Shown here piece after piece: positions 17,936-26,290 of a stretch of 32,000 nucleotides of DNA. Origin of the DNA: Acinetobacter wanghuae (GTDB taxonomy: Bacteria; Pseudomonadota; Gammaproteobacteria; Pseudomonadales; Moraxellaceae); NCBI RefSeq assembly GCF_009557235.1, contig NZ_CP045650.1, forward strand, positions 2,400,001 to 2,432,000, read 5' to 3'. The translations under genes and the position numbers were made by a program. The first letter of the stretch is position 1. Every line of letters starts with the position of its first letter. The notes beneath the pieces were generated by a model. That model saw only the letters and a program-made list of their open reading frames with translations. It was not told the origin of the DNA and ran no database searches.

Positions 17936-17943
17936 ACACTACC

Positions 17944-18258
17944 AATTTTTTTTTCAAAATCAATCCATGTTTGAATATCTTGTACATGTTTTTGAAAATA
18001 GTGATACCAACAATTCTCTTTTAACAAAGCTCTAATTTCATAAAGTTGTTCTTTCTCTAAAATAATATTTTCTGTTAAGTAATATTCTTTTGTTTTAACT
18101 ATAAACCAATCTTCACGACACTTTGAAAACAACTCATCAAAATTCATTAAGTCGCTTTTTGACTCTTCGATTGCTTTCATCACATCCATAAAATGATCAT
18201 ACTTTGTCGGCAAATAATGCGACAAATCAAAACCATTCCCCACAATTAGAATATTCAT
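17944..18258 (-). pseudogene. AbiH-family abortive-infection gene, N-terminal fragment (105 codons)
   Basis: Begins MNILIVGNGFDLSHYLPTKYDHF, the hallmark AbiH N-terminal motif (I/L-I-G-N-G-F-D-L-x-H-x-L-x-T-x-Y). The reading frame is cut by the IS right end, adding GSV then a stop from IS sequence. Confidence 0.82.
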
Positions 18259-18337
18259 TTTTCTTATAGCCCCAAAAGCAAAAAGCGCATCATATAGATA
18301 CGCTTTTAAAGACTTTTGGCTTAAAAATCAAACAATA

Positions 18338-18715
18338 TTATGAGCATTTCGCTGTTTGGAAGGTTTTGGTATTTTTCCCACGAGCACACTTATATTCTTC
18401 TTTTTTCGCTACTTGCACCCATGTACGTCCTTCAAGCTTAAAGTTATAGACGGTTCGAATGGTATTTACCGAATCATCCATCAAGCCTGTTTCAGTCACC
18501 TTCACTTCTGCCGAAGTTGGGTTTTCTACTCGGTTAAAATACTGACGAACTTCGACGGTTGCGAGTTCATTTAAAAGGTCAGAACGCTGTTTTAAAACCT
18601 GTTCAATCGGCGTTGCAGGTGTATGAACTTTAGAAATCACATCTTGAGTGGTTTGACACCCAGTTAAACCCAAGCCCGTCATGATCCCGAACAGAGCAAA
18701 TAATTTAATTTTCAT
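18338..18715 (-). CDS. Lipoprotein of unknown function (125 aa)
   Basis: Signal peptide with lipobox MKIKLFALFGIMTGLGLTGC. Compact ORF. Confidence 0.78.
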   Translation of the reverse strand: MKIKLFALFGIMTGLGLTGCQTTQDVISKVHTPATPIEQVLKQRSDLLNELATVEVRQYFNRVENPTSAEVKVTETGLMDDSVNTIRTVYNFKLEGRTWVQVAKKEEYKCARGKNTKTFQTAKCS

Positions 18716-18810
18716 GATGCTTCCAATGTCTCTTTATTATTAGTAGGTATGATGCCCACGTTCACCACGCAACTCTATTTAGACTATGTAAATACAGTTA
18801 TAGAGATGTA

Positions 18811-18840
18811 AAAAAGCGCACCTTTCGATGCGCTTTTTTT
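18811..18840. terminator. Bidirectional rho-independent terminator downstream of the FAD oxidase gene (-)
   Basis: AAAAAGCGCA-CCTTTCGA-TGCGCTTTTTTT. Confidence 0.8.
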
Positions 18841-18855
18841 CAGAACTTTATTCGC

Positions 18856-20283
18856 TTATAGATCGAATAATTTACCTGGGTTCATAATGCCTTGCGGGTC
18901 AAATACGTGTTTCAATGCCTTCATATATTCAATTTCTTCCGCTGAACGTGTGTAATCCAAATATGGCTTTTTGGTCATACCCACACCGTGTTCTGCCGAA
19001 ATTGAACCATCGTATTTTTTCACAGTTTCAAAGACGTATTTGTTCACGTGCTGACACTTATCAAAGAATTCATCTTTGCTTAAGTTTTCAGGTTTTAAAA
19101 TATTTAAGTGCAAGTTACCGTCACCAATATGACCGAACCAGCAAATTTCAAAGTCAGGGTAGTTGTCATTTACGATTGCATCAATTTCTTTAATAAATGC
19201 AGGTACGTGTGTGATCAACACTGAAATGTCATTTTTGTAGGGTGTAAATGGCGCAATTGACTCAGAAATATCTTCACGTAAACGCCATAAGTTATGCAAT
19301 TGATCTAGGCTTTGGCTCATGACGCCATCAAGCACCCAGCCTTGTTCCATACAATGCTCAAAGATTTCCATCGCCTTGTCCATAATTGGTTCAAACGGCG
19401 CTTCAAACTCAAGCAATACATAAAATGGACATTCGGTTTCAAATGGACGTTGAACGTGACCATTTGCCAATACTTTTTGCATCGCAAGTTCACCAAAGAA
19501 CTCAAATGCAGTTAAATCAATTTTGGCTTGGAATGCATGTAGTAATGGCATAATCGCATCAAAATCAGGTACACCGAGTACCATCACTTGAAGATCTTGC
19601 GGTTGACGCTCAAGCTTAATTTCTGCTTCAGTGACGAGTCCGAGTGTGCCTTCACCGCCAATGAACAAATGTTGTAATGCATAACCTGTTGCGTTTTTAA
19701 TCATGCCTTTATTCAAACGCAGGATATCACCTTTACCAGTCACAACGGTTAAACCCAAAATCCAGTTACGGGTCATGCCATATTTAATGACTTTAATCCC
19801 GCCGGCATTGGTACCGATGTTACCGCCAATCTGACTTGAACCCGCAGATGCGAAGTCAACTGGATAATACATGCCTTGTTCTTCAGCATAATTTTGCAAT
19901 TGTTCAGTCACTACGCCTGCTTGCACACGCACCATACGGTCTGCTGGGTAGAAGTCCAAGATTTGGTTCATCTTGTCCATGCTCACCACGATTTCACCAT
20001 TGGCAGCCACAGCACCTGCTGACAAACCGGTACGACCACCCGATGGTGTCACTGCCACATTAAACTGATTGGCAAGCTTTACAATGGCTTGAACTTGCTT
20101 AGTCGTGGATGGAAAAACGATGACCGATGGGTTTGGATCAAAGTGTTTAGTATGATCGCGACCCCAATTTTGGAGACTATCCGTATCAGTTTTAATACGG
20201 TTTTCACCCACAATTGCAGTCAATTGGGTCAATAACTCAGGGGTTAAAGCGACTGGAGCATTCATCGTTTGCAGACCTAGCAT
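18856..20283 (-). CDS. FAD-binding oxidoreductase of the GlcD/D-2-hydroxyglutarate dehydrogenase type
   Basis: 475 aa with a PCMH-type FAD-binding region (VTPSGGRTGLSAGAV, GGNIGTNAGG) and a C-terminal FAD-oxidase domain ending MNPGKLF. The start could be the ATG at 20265 instead of 20283. Confidence 0.86.
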   Translation of the reverse strand: MLGLQTMNAPVALTPELLTQLTAIVGENRIKTDTDSLQNWGRDHTKHFDPNPSVIVFPSTTKQVQAIVKLANQFNVAVTPSGGRTGLSAGAVAANGEIVVSMDKMNQILDFYPADRMVRVQAGVVTEQLQNYAEEQGMYYPVDFASAGSSQIGGNIGTNAGGIKVIKYGMTRNWILGLTVVTGKGDILRLNKGMIKNATGYALQHLFIGGEGTLGLVTEAEIKLERQPQDLQVMVLGVPDFDAIMPLLHAFQAKIDLTAFEFFGELAMQKVLANGHVQRPFETECPFYVLLEFEAPFEPIMDKAMEIFEHCMEQGWVLDGVMSQSLDQLHNLWRLREDISESIAPFTPYKNDISVLITHVPAFIKEIDAIVNDNYPDFEICWFGHIGDGNLHLNILKPENLSKDEFFDKCQHVNKYVFETVKKYDGSISAEHGVGMTKKPYLDYTRSAEEIEYMKALKHVFDPQGIMNPGKLFDL

Positions 20284-20466
20284 GATTTAAACAAGAGAGA
20301 CTTCATCTGTTCGATTGCACAGTTTTTAGGCATTAAAATCTGTGTATATATTAGACGAAACATGCCGATTAAAGCAGCAAAACACACGGCTTCAAAGCAT
20401 GGCGGCATATTATAAGCTATTTTTTGGGGTTTCCTTGAAAAAATGCCATTTTTCATAATATACCTT

Positions 20467-20506
20467 TGAAAATGATAGTTTAATTCAACCAAAAATATCA
20501 TTTTCA
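20467..20506. promoter_or_regulatory. 11-bp perfect inverted repeat in the FAD-oxidase/serA divergent promoter region
   Basis: TGAAAATGATA (20467-20477) and TATCATTTTCA (20496-20506), separated by 18 nt. Function unknown. Confidence 0.3.
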
Positions 20507-20618
20507 CCAATATCACTTGCAAAAATAGCTGATATTGCCGCGATTAAGGAAATGTAAAACCGCCCTTTTCCTGTGCTATTATACCGCCACTAAATTTGGC
20601 CTTTGTAGCGGAGCCGTA

Positions 20619-21851
20619 ATGAGCCAACATCTATCTCTACCTAAAGATAAAATCCGTTTCTTATTGTTAGAAGGCGTTCATCAAAATGCCATCGATACAT
20701 TAAATGCTGCTGGATATACCAACATCGACTATCGTAAAACTGCGCTTGAGGGTGAAGCGCTGAAAGAAGCGATTAAAGATGCGCATTTCATTGGTATTCG
20801 TTCACGTACTCAGTTAACTGAAGAAGTCTTCGAAGCTGCAAACAAATTGATTGCAGTCGGTTGCTTCTGTATCGGAACAAACCAAGTGAACTTAGATGCA
20901 GCAATGCGTCGCGGTATTCCAGTCTTTAACGCACCTTACTCAAATACTCGTTCAGTTGCTGAACTTGTACTTGCTGAAGCGATTCTTCTTCTTCGCCGTG
21001 TCCCTGAAAAATCAACAGATACACATGCAGGCGGTTGGAACAAATCTGCGGTAGGTTCGTATGAAACACGTGGTAAAACTTTAGGTATCGTGGGTTACGG
21101 CTCAATCGGTTCACAACTTTCTGTACTTGCTGAAAGCTTAGGTATGAAAGTGATCTACTTTGACACAGTGACAAAACTACCTTTAGGTAATGCGCGCCAA
21201 GTCGGTAGCCTAGATGAACTTCTTGCTAATGCAGATGTGGTTTCTCTACACGTGCCTGATGTTCCGTCTACACGTAACTTCATGACCAAAGAAAAATTTG
21301 CACAAATGAAAGAAGGTGCAATCTTCATTAACGCTGCACGTGGTACATGTGTTGTGATTGAAGATTTGGCAGATGCGTTGAAATCAGGTCACATTGCAGG
21401 TGCTGCGGTTGACGTATTCCCGAAAGAGCCTAAAGCGAACGGTGAAGAATTCGTATCTCCACTTCGTAACATTCCAAACGTGATTTTGACACCGCATGTC
21501 GGTGGTTCAACCATCGAAGCGCAAGCCAACATCGGTTTAGAAGTGGGCGAGAAATTTGTCGCTTACTCTGATAAAGGTATGACTTTATCTGCAGTGAACT
21601 TCCCAGAAATCGCACTTCCGTTGACTGAAGGTAAACACCGTTTACTGCACATTCACAAAAACGTACCCGGTGTTCTTGCAAAAATCATTAACTTGTTCTC
21701 TGAACAAGGCATCAACATTTCTGGTCAGTCTTTAATGACCAAAGGTGATGTCGGTTACCTTGTGATGGATGTCGATGCTGCGGGTTCTCAAGAAGCATTA
21801 GATACACTTCACAACCTTGAAGGCACAATCCGTTCACGCGTATTGTTCTAA
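20619..21851 (+). CDS. serA: D-3-phosphoglycerate dehydrogenase
   Basis: 410 aa from MSQHLSLPKDKIRFLLLEG, the same length as E. coli SerA. NAD-binding GIVGYGSIGSQLS, catalytic LTPHVGGST, and a C-terminal ACT-like domain. GGAG lies upstream of the ATG at 20619. The track start at 20535 is an over-extension. Confidence 0.93.
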   Translation: MSQHLSLPKDKIRFLLLEGVHQNAIDTLNAAGYTNIDYRKTALEGEALKEAIKDAHFIGIRSRTQLTEEVFEAANKLIAVGCFCIGTNQVNLDAAMRRGIPVFNAPYSNTRSVAELVLAEAILLLRRVPEKSTDTHAGGWNKSAVGSYETRGKTLGIVGYGSIGSQLSVLAESLGMKVIYFDTVTKLPLGNARQVGSLDELLANADVVSLHVPDVPSTRNFMTKEKFAQMKEGAIFINAARGTCVVIEDLADALKSGHIAGAAVDVFPKEPKANGEEFVSPLRNIPNVILTPHVGGSTIEAQANIGLEVGEKFVAYSDKGMTLSAVNFPEIALPLTEGKHRLLHIHKNVPGVLAKIINLFSEQGINISGQSLMTKGDVGYLVMDVDAAGSQEALDTLHNLEGTIRSRVLF

Positions 21852-21866
21852 TTCAAATGTGAATCA

Positions 21867-21895
21867 AAGACCACAGCTTCGGCTGTGGTTTTTTA
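21867..21895 (+). terminator. Rho-independent terminator after serA
   Basis: CCACAGC-TTCG-GCTGTGG followed by TTTTTT. Confidence 0.85.
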
Positions 21896-21944
21896 TTTTG
21901 AAGATGTCCTTTTGCACATTTCCCTTCCCTGTCTTTGATGATTT

Positions 21945-22832
21945 ATGTCTTATTTTAAAATTGCGCCTGCTGTACAAGCACCACTGATTTTACTCATCGC
22001 CATGATCAGTATGCAAAGCAGCGGTTCCTTTGCCAAAATGCTGTTTGATCAGTTTCCAATTGTGACCGTCTCCGCAATGCGTTTACTGTTGGGTGCTTTG
22101 GTTTTGGCGCTGATTTTTAAAATTTGGCACGTCCATTTCAAGCAAGTGAAGTGGAAAGCGATTATGAGCTACGGCGTGGCACTCGCGGGGATGAATCTGC
22201 TGTTTTATTTCGCTATTGATCGCATTCCTTTAGGCATCGCTGTCTCTTTTGAATTTATTGGACCGCTTTCTGTTGCACTCTTTCATGCACGACAAAAGTT
22301 TGATTTTATTTGGGTTGGACTTGCCATTCTTGGTTTAGTTTTACTGTTTCCATTCGATCAAACTGCTCAAGCGCTTGACCCGATTGGGATTTTATTGGCT
22401 TTAGGTGCCGGAAGCTGTTGGGCACTCTATATTATTGCTGGTCAAAAACCATCAGGTGTGTCAGGCAATCACACGGTGTGCTTAGGTATGTTTGTTGGTA
22501 TGTGCATTTTGATGCCCATTGCACTCTTCAGTGGAATGCCTGCAACAACATTTGAACCCATCAGCCTGATGTATTTCCTTGGTTTAGCCATTCTTGCGAG
22601 TGCCTTACCCTTTACTTTAGAGATGATTGCACTCCGTAATTTAAGTGCTTTAAGTTTTGGCACACTCATGAGCTTAGAACCTGCCATTGCTGCCTTGTCT
22701 GGCTTTGTGTTTTTGGGTGAACATTTATTGTGGACACAGTGGCTTGCACTTGCCACCATCATTAGCGCGTCTATTGGCTGTACGGTGACGATGCAAAAAA
22801 GAAAAACTCAGAAAAAGAGCGCCATCTGTTAA
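21945..22832 (+). CDS. EamA/DMT-family transporter (RhtA-like exporter), copy 1
   Basis: 295 aa, 10-TM-like, with two EamA repeats. The pattern FAKMLF...RLLLGALVL...LFYFAIDRIPLGIAVSFEFIGPL is RhtA-like. Confidence 0.85.
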   Translation: MSYFKIAPAVQAPLILLIAMISMQSSGSFAKMLFDQFPIVTVSAMRLLLGALVLALIFKIWHVHFKQVKWKAIMSYGVALAGMNLLFYFAIDRIPLGIAVSFEFIGPLSVALFHARQKFDFIWVGLAILGLVLLFPFDQTAQALDPIGILLALGAGSCWALYIIAGQKPSGVSGNHTVCLGMFVGMCILMPIALFSGMPATTFEPISLMYFLGLAILASALPFTLEMIALRNLSALSFGTLMSLEPAIAALSGFVFLGEHLLWTQWLALATIISASIGCTVTMQKRKTQKKSAIC

Positions 22833-22942
22833 TGCTTAGATGATGAAACTGGATAAAAACACTCATCGAAATTTAACCAATTTGCTATAATTTAAGCATT
22901 CCCATTGCTCTTATACACCTGATTCTCAGGTGTTGCTCTCCC

Positions 22943-23809
22943 ATGCCAAATGCTCAACTTCTCGCTGTGTTGTACATGGTCTTGTCCATGACCTCATATC
23001 AAATTAGTGCATCCTTTGCGAAGCAATTGTTTACAGTGCTTGACCCTGTCACAGTGACTATTTTAAGGCTGTGTTTTGCAGCGATTATTGTCTGCGTTAT
23101 GTTTCGTTCTTGGAAAATCATTTCGCGACTGCCGTATTTAAAATGGAAAGATTTATTGTGTTATAGCGCCGCGCTCGGACTAATGAATATTCTCTTCTAT
23201 ATGTCTTTAGGTAAATTACCGCAAGGTATTGCAGTCGGTTTAGAGTTTGTTGGTCCTTTGGGTTTGGCACTCCTGTCAATTAAGCATCGTAGCGATTATA
23301 TGTGGGTATTTTTGGCAATCTCTGGGATTATCCTGATGGTGCCATGGGGACAAGCACTGCATCATCAATTTGATTTAATCGGTGCAGCATGTGCCTTAGG
23401 TGCTGGATTGTGTTGGGCTTTTTATATTTATTTTGGACAACGCGTGGTTCAGCAAAATATCGGCATGCATGCGCTGACCATTGCCATTAGTATTTCGGCA
23501 TTATGTTTATTGCCGATTGGTTTATATCAAAATGCAGCCCAAGTCATTGATACCCAATATTGGGGTAAAGCACTTGTGATTGCGATTTTAGCCACTGCAA
23601 TTCCCTATGCATTGGATTTAAAAGCATTAAAACAATTGACTAAAGCAAGTTACGGCACTCTATCGAGTTTATCACCAGCATTGGCGGCATTCACTGCCTT
23701 CTTCTTATTGGGTGAAAAAATTACATCTATTCAGTGGATTGCACTCGGCTGTATTATGTTGGCATCGGTCGGAGTGACCATTCGTGCCGCACGTCAAAAA
23801 ATCGCATAA
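22943..23809 (+). CDS. EamA/DMT-family transporter (RhtA-like exporter), copy 2
   Basis: 288 aa and alignable with copy 1 along its length (FAKQLF...RLCFAAIIV...LFYMSLGKLPQGIAVGLEFVGPL). Confidence 0.85.
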   Translation: MPNAQLLAVLYMVLSMTSYQISASFAKQLFTVLDPVTVTILRLCFAAIIVCVMFRSWKIISRLPYLKWKDLLCYSAALGLMNILFYMSLGKLPQGIAVGLEFVGPLGLALLSIKHRSDYMWVFLAISGIILMVPWGQALHHQFDLIGAACALGAGLCWAFYIYFGQRVVQQNIGMHALTIAISISALCLLPIGLYQNAAQVIDTQYWGKALVIAILATAIPYALDLKALKQLTKASYGTLSSLSPALAAFTAFFLLGEKITSIQWIALGCIMLASVGVTIRAARQKIA

Positions 23810-23817
23810 ACACCAAT

Positions 23818-23847
23818 AAAAAAAGATGGCATTTGCCATCTTTTTTT
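23818..23847. terminator. Bidirectional rho-independent terminator between EamA copy 2 (+) and the hemerythrin gene (-)
   Basis: AAAAAAAGATGGC-ATTT-GCCATCTTTTTTT. Confidence 0.85.
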
Positions 23848-23858
23848 GAATCAAATGT

Positions 23859-24320
23859 TTAGACTAAACTGTCTTTATCGATCTTTTTATATTTTTTGTA
23901 TTCGGTATTATATTTTTTTGCCAAGGTTTCTTTTTGCTTATCTTCCAAAATTTTACCCGCCTGTTGGAAAAAGCCATGTTCCTCTTCTTCTAAATGATGA
24001 TGCACCGTTTCTGACAGTTTTTTTGCAATCGCAAGCCAGCCCGGATTACTAAATTCTGTTTCAGTCAATTGCTCTAAAAGTTCATCCATTTCGTGATGTT
24101 CGGCCAAAGCATGACGACTAATATTCAGACCCGAATCGGTCATCATAAGAGGAATATAGAAATAGCGATCTTCTGCCACCGCATGGGCAAATAACTCATT
24201 TTTGAGTAAATCAAACAATTCACGACGTTCAGGAGTATCTCCTGAGGTTTGGACTAATTTTTCTGCGAGTTCCCGCTGTATGTCATGACTTTCTCGTAAA
24301 GCTTCAAATATTGTGGTCAT
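23859..24320 (-). CDS. Hemerythrin (HHE cation-binding) domain protein
   Basis: 153 aa with spaced H/E metal-ligand motifs (RESHD, FAHAVAED, LAEHHEMDE, VHHHLEEEE). Confidence 0.82.
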   Translation of the reverse strand: MTTIFEALRESHDIQRELAEKLVQTSGDTPERRELFDLLKNELFAHAVAEDRYFYIPLMMTDSGLNISRHALAEHHEMDELLEQLTETEFSNPGWLAIAKKLSETVHHHLEEEEHGFFQQAGKILEDKQKETLAKKYNTEYKKYKKIDKDSLV

Positions 24321-24455
24321 GTATTCGTTTATCCTTTGTTATTTTAAATTAGCCTTTAGCTTAAAACAGATACAAGTAAAATTCAGGCAGAGTTACTACA
24401 CTAATTTGTATGAAAAAGTTTAATAATGAGAATGCTTTACATCAACAATGCAGTT

Positions 24456-25217
24456 TTAGAAGAGTTGATAAGCCATACGGCAAATGAGCAAACTGACTAA
24501 AATCAAGAATAATATTCGGATAAAGCCGCTGCCGTATTTTAAAGCAAGACGTACCCCTAACAGCGCACCACAAATATTGGCAAGCGCCATCATGCCGCCA
24601 ATTTGAAATAAGACATGCCCAGTCGGGACAAAGAAACTGAGTGCTGCAAGGTTGGTGGTAAAGTTACCAATTTTAGAGAGTGCCGAGGCATGTAAAAAGT
24701 CGACGCTTAAATAGCGAATAAAAAAGAAGATAAAGAAACTGCCCGTACCCGGTCCAAAGATCCCGTCATAAAAACCAATCGCAAGACTACCAATAGCCGC
24801 CATGACCAGCATTTTTCGATTTAGCTTTTGTTCTACATGTACCCGACCAAATTGTTTTTTGGTGAAGGTATAGATCGCGATCACAATCAGCATGATTAAA
24901 ATAAATGGCTTAAAAACCTCGACTGGAATGAGGGTTACACTTGCCGCGCCAATAAAAGAACTGACAAAGCTGCATAGCGCAATAATACCGAGCAGAAGCC
25001 ACGGCAATTTCACTTGTTTTAAATAGGAAAATGCTGCTGACGCTGTACCAAAAATAGATGCCAATTTATTGGTACCAAATACGGTCGCTGGCGCCAAATG
25101 CGGCAAACTGCCGATAATGGCAGGAATTTGAATCAGACCACCACCGCCCACAGCAGCGTCAATTGCCCCTGCCATAAAGGCGAAGACAATTAAACTGATG
25201 ATGATCTCAATGTCCAT
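24456..25217 (-). CDS. TauE/SafE (DUF81) family anion permease
   Basis: 253 aa polytopic membrane protein with the N-terminal motif GAIDAAVGGGGLIQIPA. It starts 12 nt after the truB stop on the same strand. Confidence 0.85.
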   Translation of the reverse strand: MDIEIIISLIVFAFMAGAIDAAVGGGGLIQIPAIIGSLPHLAPATVFGTNKLASIFGTASAAFSYLKQVKLPWLLLGIIALCSFVSSFIGAASVTLIPVEVFKPFILIMLIVIAIYTFTKKQFGRVHVEQKLNRKMLVMAAIGSLAIGFYDGIFGPGTGSFFIFFFIRYLSVDFLHASALSKIGNFTTNLAALSFFVPTGHVLFQIGGMMALANICGALLGVRLALKYGSGFIRILFLILVSLLICRMAYQLF

Positions 25218-25228
25218 GGATTTACAAC

Positions 25229-26134
25229 CTAGAGGTTTAGAACACGTTTTGGCACAAGGCGTTTTTTATCGGTAATCTCAGCCAAACCTAAACATTTTTC
25301 ACCATCAAAAACTAACACCTGTGGCTCTGCTGCATGTTCAATATTACTTTCCATCCCGCGGCTAAAATATTCGCCACGCCCTTCGGGAACTTGGATTTGT
25401 GGCAAATGTTGTACGGGTGCGTGTGCAGGCAATAACAAAGCTTCACGCTCTTGTTCAGTCAGACTTTCAAGATATTCGATGGTATAGGTTGGAATGAGAT
25501 CAAACAGACCTGTTTTCGTACGGTGTAAATACGTTAAATGCCCGTAAGTACCGAGTGCTTTGGCAATATCTTCGCCTAAAACGCGAATATATGTCCCTTT
25601 TGAACAGGTAATATCAAGCGTAATGCTATTTTCAGTAAAGGATAAAAGCTCAATCGCCAAAATGGTGATTGGACGCGCTTCACGTTCAATTTCAATTCCC
25701 TGACGTGCAAGCTCATATAAAGGACGACCTTCTTTTTTAAGCGCTGAATACATCGGAGGAACTTGCTGAATTTCACCCACAAACGTGGTTAATGTCTCTT
25801 GAATCAGCTGTTCGGACAATTCAGGCACTGCTTGTTCAAGCAAAATATCCCCTTCCACATCACCTGTAGTCGTACTATGCCCTAAAAAAACCGTGGTTTG
25901 ATAACGTTTGACTGAATCTAGCAAGTAATGTGAAAACTTAGTGGCTTCACCCAAACAAATCGGCAGCAAACCTGATGCTAAAGGATCAAGCGCGCCGGTA
26001 TGCCCTGCTTTTTGCGCACGATACAGCCAGCGTACTTTTTGTAGTGCACCGTTGGAACTGATGCCCAAAGGTTTATTCAATAGAAACACACCGCTAATAT
26101 GACGACGCTGAATTTTAGGAGATGATGCTTTCAT
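25229..26134 (-). CDS. truB: tRNA pseudouridine(55) synthase
   Basis: Motif [24 protein letters not shown] with the catalytic Asp. 301 aa. Confidence 0.93.
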   Translation of the reverse strand: MKASSPKIQRRHISGVFLLNKPLGISSNGALQKVRWLYRAQKAGHTGALDPLASGLLPICLGEATKFSHYLLDSVKRYQTTVFLGHSTTTGDVEGDILLEQAVPELSEQLIQETLTTFVGEIQQVPPMYSALKKEGRPLYELARQGIEIEREARPITILAIELLSFTENSITLDITCSKGTYIRVLGEDIAKALGTYGHLTYLHRTKTGLFDLIPTYTIEYLESLTEQEREALLLPAHAPVQHLPQIQVPEGRGEYFSRGMESNIEHAAEPQVLVFDGEKCLGLAEITDKKRLVPKRVLNL

Positions 26135-26290
26135 GGCAAAAAATCAGACAAGTTCTTTAATTGGCGCAATGGTAAAACCCTGACCAATTATTTACAACTT
26201 TTCTATGTCATTGCTTTTAATTTATGGCATATTGAGCCGATTATAAATTAAACAAATTATTATTTAGAATTAAAATTAGGTGCATAGGAT

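Larger units (their letters stand above)
17128..17943 (+). mobile_element. IS1-family insertion sequence, 816 bp
   Basis: Terminal inverted repeats GGTAGTGTACAAAAACAACGTGTT (17128-17151) and the reverse complement of 17920-17943, GGTAGTGTCTAAATGTGACGTGTT (18/24 match). InsA-like and InsB-like coding regions inside. 8-bp direct duplication outside. Confidence 0.87.

Noticed and set aside
20277-20522. An 81-aa minus-strand ORF in the FAD-oxidase/serA intergenic region
   Set aside because: It covers an AT-rich divergent promoter region, overlaps the oxidase start, and has odd composition with no RBS. It is most likely spurious. Ribosome profiling could overturn this.
20535-20618. Upstream extension of serA (MPRLRKCKTALFLCYYTATKFGLCSGAV)
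   Set aside because: It does not resemble SerA. The ATG at 20619 with an upstream GGAG gives the canonical 410-aa protein.
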